NCBI RefSeq assembly: GCF_009914755.1
Contig: NC_060927.1
DNA: 64,000 nt
Origin: the human T2T-CHM13v2.0 reference genome, Homo sapiens
Direction: 5' to 3' (one strand)
The translations under genes were made by a program, and so were the position numbers. Under the pieces are notes generated by a model. It was given only the letters and a program-made list of their open reading frames with translations. It did no database searches and was not told the DNA's origin. Positions within the stretch are counted from its first letter, which is position 1; each line of letters starts with the position of its first letter. This document shows, piece after piece, positions 57,421 through 64,000 of the stretch.

Positions 57421-57519
57421 TTGTAATAGAAATTTTAGTTAAAAATTTCCCCCCAAACACTGAGAAACAGTATATATGAAATGCTAAAGTAAGGCATCAA
57501 ACCACTAAGATGACTGAAT

Positions 57520-58330
57520 TGTTGATTTAGGTTTCTTGGGCTTCCTCGGGACCATTACGTGGGTTCCTTGCAGTCACAAGGCATGAAGGACTGGTTCCTA
57601 ACTCATACCAAAAAGCCAATACTTGTGTACATATAAAAAGTGACTTTCTAGAATGTGTCAGGGCCAAGGATATGTAAGGATTACCTTTGAACCAGATAGG
57701 GACTACAACTGAGAACTGTTATACAGTCATTCTGACTCTGGCCTTAGGCTACTGGCCTAAGCAGCAAGTGGACTGCTTAGGCCAGTAATGAGATAAAGAA
57801 GACTATGGGGAGTGGACTCCAGGAAACCAGGAGTCACACAAGTGCAACTCACAGCATGGGAGGTCAATGGAAAGTACCCAGCTGAGGAGCAGCTTCTGAA
57901 GAGCCCACAGAAGGCCCCAAGAAAGAGCCAGTTTTAAGCATATAACAGGACTACGGGGCATAAAGCCTCTTAAAAAGAACATTAACAAAGTAAGAATATC
58001 CCACATTTCTTTTCCTAATGGGAGAGGAGAGAGTAAGAAATTAAGACTACCACATTCCCCTTCCTGAAGGCAGGAAACCTGCCTGCCTGCAGCGGGAGAA
58101 GCTTCAGCTTGGAGAAGAGTTTAGAGTTTTGATTATTCTTTAGGGCTGGCTTACTACTTTATGATTTATTATATGTAATTTAAAGTGATTAGGTTTTTCT
58201 ACTACCTGCAAATGACCAGAAAAGTCATGAGACTGCTTAGAGCTCTACAATGGTGGTAGAATGAATGCAAAGGCGCAGAAGAACATAGAAATAAATAATG
58301 TACAAATCACACTTATTTGGCATTCTGGCA
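57520..58330. mobile_element. Probable old LTR (Gypsy-like LTR85/88/MamGypLTR class)
   Basis: gttttgattatt...tttaaagtga...aatgaccagaaaagtcatgagact resemble ancient mammalian Gypsy LTRs; weak recognition. Confidence 0.35.
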
Positions 58331-58632
58331 CATTTGGTTCAGTAAGTTCCCAAAGAAGTGTGAGTGGATAGAATCCACATTTAGGAAAATTGACCTTGAA
58401 TAGCACACTTTCACAAATGTGGAAGAGAAAGAGATAAAAATGAGAAAAGATAATGATAAAATTTAGTTGGAGGAAAGAGCTAAAAGAACAGAAATAAATG
58501 AGGAGAAATTTGACTTGATGAGCCTTTTCTGTGGGAATTGATGAGCTTCCATTCTGTGAGTTAAGAGTCCTGGTGAGGCAGTGATTAGATTGGAAGATTA
58601 AAAATTGAGAGAGGTTTGGAATGAAACAGAGT

Positions 58633-58821
58633 AGTTGTTCTCAAAGTGTGGTCCCCAGGCTAGTAGCATCAACATCTCCTGCAAAATTGTTATACATCCA
58701 ACTCCTTAAGTCTCAACCAGACTTCCTGAATCAGAAACTCTAGGGGTGGAGCCCAACAATCTGTATTTTAACAAACCCTCCTGATGATTCTCCTGCACAC
58801 TGTAGAGTCTAAGAACCACTG
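58633..58821. mobile_element. MER5A hAT-Charlie MITE
   Basis: ttctcaaagtgtggtcccc...ctgaatcagaaactctaggggtggagccca...tttaacaa...aagaaccactg. Confidence 0.9.
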
Positions 58822-58824
58822 TTA

Positions 58825-59060
58825 AGAGTTTAGTGATTTAAAGCACACGTTCTGTGTTTAAATCACAGCACTGCCGCTTATTGTCTTTTGCAAATTACTA
58901 ATATTTAACCTCTCCTTGTCTCAGTTTCTTCATCTGTAAAATGAGGATAACTAGCAATAACATACTCATAGTATTCTTGTAAAGTCTATATGACCCAATG
59001 CACTGGAAGTCTTTAGAACAATCTCTAGCATATTGAAATAATAATTAACAAATGTGTATT
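58825..59060 (+). mobile_element. MIR SINE
   Basis: tttaacctctc...tctcagtttcttcatctgtaaaatgaggataa. Confidence 0.85.
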
Positions 59061-62000
59061 ATCATTGTGGGAAAATGGAATAAATTTCTAAGTATACATA
59101 TAAGAAAATTGTAGTTCTGATTAGTCTAGTGGGCTGTACTTTGTGACAATTGCCCGCTTAGTAGCCAAGACTCTTTGTTTTAGTCCCTTGCCACAAGCCT
59201 GTCCGCCCAGGAGTCCTGTTGTCTTTTCTTTTTCTGCACCATCTTCAGCAGCATAAGGCTATTTTGATGAATGAAATGGAGGAAAGGAGGAAGAATAAAC
59301 CAAGAAGCAAAGTAATGTGTGCAGGGAAATCCATGTTGAATTAGTCAAGCTCTGAAGGAGTTTCGAATAAATATATGATAACAAATTTTTGAGGAATAAA
59401 ATTATGTGGTTTTTTTTTTGGAAACACTTTAAATGTTTCTTTGAGAAATAATGCTAGGAAGCCACATCAAATATAGTAGCCTGGTAAAAGACAAATTCTG
59501 TGTTATCTAGAGAATTTGGTTTCCAGTGCATTTGAAAGAAATGTCTAATTAAATTGATTATATTTTCATTTACTTAGATCTATATGGCTTCATTATCAAG
59601 TATTTAATGATATTTTCCAAGACCCAAATAATTTGATAGTAATAATGTTGGCTACACAGACGAGCCATGGTAGTTTTATGCTTATTATTAGTGATAAAAC
59701 CACATTCAAAAGTATACTATTTGTGTTTTTCTGGTTACACCCTAATAGGCTGAAAATATGTAATAAAATACCCTAATGACTACACCTTGAGAACTAAACC
59801 CTATTCTAATTGCTTTGATGCATGGGCTAGCAGGATAATTGATTGACACTAAGACCACTCAGTAAACAGCCAGCTAACAGAATTAGATTAATGAAAACAT
59901 ATGGTAATTACAACTGTGCAGAACAACTTGAAATCTACAACGTAGCCTCAGGATAAATAATCAAAAGTCTGATCAAAGAGCAATTAAAGTTAATAAAAGT
60001 CTCATTGTGCATTTAGGATTAAGAAGGGCTGAAAGATGAAACTGTAAAGTTTTAGAAGGGTATTTGATGAAAGATTTACTTCATTCCAAAAAAAAAAAAA
60101 GGTTTTGTTATTCTGGAGTAATAATTGAATTTTTGAAAAAGGAAATTCTCATATGTTTTTTCAACATTGCTTAAGAAACATTTATTTTAGGACTCTTCAT
60201 ACTACATTGGTATTTTTATAACACACATTTACTTTTACTTAAATAAGTAAGTCCTTGAACTTTGACTCATTCATTCTTCTAACAAATAATTATTAATCAC
60301 TTACTATATATAAGTCTCCAAAGAGAACATCATTGAGAAAAGGTAAAACAGTCACAAATCCTGACCTTTACTATTTTAGTCTAGTGGAGAACTAAAATAT
60401 GTTTTTTAAAAATTTGTGATTTGAGGTGGGAAGAGGTAGAAAAGATTTTTAGAAACATATGAATAAAATATTTGAACAATTAAAAGGAAGAAGTGATTAC
60501 TTTTGGGGGGGTGCTTCAAAGAAAGCTTTAAGATTCCTTCCTGAGTCTTTTAAGTTTGAAGAATTTGTTACATATGTTGGCAAAGATAGGAATGTTTTGC
60601 TTTACAGTACTTCCTACAGCAGGCCCTATTTTCTGTTTTGTCAGTCCTAGCATATAGTCTTTATAATTGAAAGCATATATTTGATTTTATAGTCTTATTG
60701 TCTTATTTCCTAGATGGATGAAACTAGAAGTAAAGCCATGGGTCATAAATCATAAATATTAGGCTTTCAAGTCTTACTTTGATTCAAGAGCCAATAACCC
60801 TTTTCTCACATGCCACCCTGAATATTTATTATTACATTCAATGAGTTCAAAATACAGTAGTGACCCAAGGACACACCAGTCTAGAGACAGAGAGAAGATT
60901 GGCTTAATTGTGTTCACATGTTTCTAGGGCTGGGGTCTGTGGCAGTGTCAGCATCGTGGAAATGGATTGTAACCACTTTTGTAAGATGTGCACGTTTACA
61001 CTTACAGTTGTCTTTAGGTAAAGTAATTGTCTCTTCTTGGATGCCTTGGGCTAAGTACAATCTAGTTTATGTATCACCAATTTGGGGCTTCAGGGAAAAT
61101 AGGGAGTGAGTTCACCTGGATATTTTTGAGTAGTCTCAACACTGGGGATCTCTTCCAAATCTCTCCTCTTTGCCCTTCACTCCTATCTGCCACCTCCCTT
61201 TCTAATCAATGAAGAGTGGTTGATTGGGGAAGGGAGCTCTGGGAAGGAGAGAATGACAAGACAAGAATTATTATATCAGAAAAAGTTGACAGTTTGGTGC
61301 TGTGCAAACCGAGGGATAATATTGATCACAGAACAAAAATGCAATTGATTTTCAAGGAAGGTGAATACCTTAATACTAAAACTTCAAAGTGTAATCGTTC
61401 TTTGAAGTATATAAAGATGAGTATAGAATCTCTTTTAAAAGATGAGAAAATTGAGATTCAGACAGGGTATGTGACATTACCCAAGATTGCATGGCATGGG
61501 TGAGAAATTATCTTGAGATAATACTTTCCAATTCCTTTTTTAGTGCATTTTTTACTCAGACCAAGAATGCCCAGATCTTCACTGAGCACCCTATCAACTC
61601 CCTCCCACACTATCATTTTCTTGCCCCACTCATTGCCCTTTATCATATTTTTGGTGGCATTTTTATGTTCCTGTTATTATATGATTGATTTTCTCATGTG
61701 TGAGATTATTTAGTTTCTTTCCACTAGAAACGAAGTTTCTTGAGGGCAGTCATATGTCTTGTTCACTAATGTTTCTAAATCTGATTACCACTGCTGTACC
61801 TTCAGCACCTAATATAGCATTGGTAGATCTGCAATATATATTTACTAACTGACTATTTATCTACTATACAAAGTGGGCTAGGTGGTTATAAATCAGAGTA
61901 ATCCCAACTGAGTGATATGCACTGTGTACAATTGGAGTTGTGGAGATAACATAAATATTCTACAACTCTACATTCAGGGTTTTTATTACGTTATTCAACT

Positions 62001-62807
62001 ATGTTGCAAAATGTATTGCTCTCCTCCTTTCCTGAAAAATGTCCATTTAAACTACACCACAAAATTTTGCATATATTTTTGTAAGACATTTATTGATCCA
62101 AGGTATTCTTAAGTATTGGCTATAGGATAAACTATTCTACAGGCTTAACAACACAGACTAGCTAAGTACAAGATTCCATTCTATACCCTGGGGAGTACAA
62201 CAATGAATGTACTATGGTCCCTGGCTTTGGGTAGCTAATAGCCTAATTGCGTGTAAAACTCATTGGGAGTAACAGGATCAGAATTTTGGAGCTATTACAG
62301 ACAATGTACTGATGAAGATGTGGGTCAGCATATTTTAGTGATTTAACCAATCAAGCTGGAGGTAATAGTAGAGCTGGAACTGAAACCCAGATTCTCTGGT
62401 TCTCAGTCAGCATTTTTCCCCTAAGTGTTTATGAGTTCTAGTTATTATTTTTGCTGATTAACTACCATGAATAAATGTGTCTTACCATGAGCTTGTTTCT
62501 CTGATTGTCTTCATTTCATTTTGTTTTTCTGGGCTATGTTGAAGAGCATGATTCTACAAGCCAATGATTCTTTCCCTGGCATCTGCCCTTAAGGAGTCTA
62601 TGACCTTTCATGTTTCTTAGCTGTCATTTCCTCATGCACACATTGGCAGTTCTATCCATCTTTCCTCACAGATACTTTCTAACCTCTTAATAATTTGATA
62701 TTTTTAGCCTCTTGCCAATTTACTCAGTGTGTATATTTTCACTTCACTGACTTGTATCTAGGTTCAAACTCAACCTTTTAAGCACTACAGAAAAAAATGG
62801 ACTCAGT

Positions 62808-64000
62808 CATTCATTTTTCATTCATTATTTCATTTTACAAATATGAATGCCTACCATGTGCCAGGCACAATGCTAAGTGCAGCAGATAGAATTGTGAGCA
62901 AATAGTCAAAGTACTTCTTTTATAAAGACTACTGAAGTGGAGGAAAAAGATACACACACACACACGCACACACACACACACGCACACACACACACACCAT
63001 TTCAACTGTGACAAATGCTGCAATAGAAAGATATTCATCCTATGTGAACCTATGATAGGAATATTTGACATTGCCAAGTAGGTCAGAAAAGACTTCTCTG
63101 AGAAAATAACTTTCAGTTGAAATCTGTAGTATGACCAGATGGCAGTTAAGCAAATAGGAGGGGGAAACATGTCTTAAATGGGAGTGGGGATGGGGGAAGG
63201 GCACGTGCATAAACACTGTAATGTGAGGGATCATGGCGAAGGACAGACAAAAGACAAGTGTAATTGTAGGTAGAGTACAAAAAGTGAAGGGCAACTTTAT
63301 CTGAGTTGACAAGGCGGGTAGAAGTTGGAATCTGCAGGATCATGTACAATACGTTAAGGAGTTTCTTAAGCCCCAAAGAAAAGGTAGTCACTGAAGATTT
63401 TAAGCAGGAATTAACAATTTTTATACTAGAAGACAGAGGTTCCAAGGATGACTTCAACAAGCCGGCTTGTGATCCTGGAAGTCTAGTGGTGCTATTTATT
63501 GACCTAGAAAAAAAAATGGACAAAGCACAAACTCTGGGAGAGTGAGGGAAGGAAAATCGTGCATTCATTTTGGACCATGTTAAGTTGGAGATGCCTTTAA
63601 GATACCCAAGATGAGATGTAAAGTAGGCAGTTCATTAAACTAATTTGGAACTCAAAAGAGTATTATGGCCTAGAGATATAACTGTATGACTCAGTTGTGA
63701 CTAGATGATAATTGAATCTGTGAGCTTGGATGAGATCACTTCGGGAGAAAACATCAAGTGAGAAAAGGAGAGAGAGCTGAGGAGCAACCTTAGAGGAATG
63801 TCAACATTTTGTGGCTTGAGGGTAATGAGAATGGCAATAGAGTAGTAGGGAGAGGCAAGGTAACAACAGGAAAACGAGGAGAGAATTGTCTTGAAGCCAA
63901 GGGGAGAGAAAATATCAATGATGTCAGTGTTTATGAGAGATAAGGAAAAGATAATAGGTCATGACTACCTTGTTTCACAAGGAACAAATAAATGGTTTTA
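62808..64000 (-). mobile_element. L2a 3' portion with a (CA)n insertion at 62952-62997; continues past the window end
   Basis: cattcatt...gaatgcctaccatgtgccaggcac...aagttggagatgcctttaagatacccaag...ggatgagatcac. Confidence 0.85.

Overview
Primate, very probably human, nuclear DNA. It is AT-rich, CpG-depleted and largely made of interspersed repeats: about 15 Alus (11 minus, 4 plus), many MIR and L2 fragments, old L1M pieces, MaLR LTRs (MLT1), a full MER52A ERV1 solo LTR with a GTAG target-site duplication (TSD), DNA-transposon fossils (Charlie, MER58, MER5A, MER94, MADE1), a MamSINE1-like element and an RTE-clade LINE fossil. I recognise no protein-coding gene, RNA gene or CRISPR array. The supplied ORFs are explained by microsatellites, Alus, the GC-rich LTR or chance. 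The window looks like part of a very long intron, possibly transcribed on the + strand, or intergenic DNA. I cannot support a claim of a new biological system. The best leads are: candidate + strand microexons and AG|GT recursive-splice-like sites; an isolated ~65 bp copy of the neighbouring MER52A that looks like a locally templated insertion; a tightly spaced inverted Alu pair; a double perfect hairpin in unique DNA; a readable RTE protein fossil; and several enhancer-like motif clusters, including an NRF2/MAF ARE in an MLT1 LTR. Repeat subfamily names come from recalled consensus sequences, and boundaries of old repeats are approximate.
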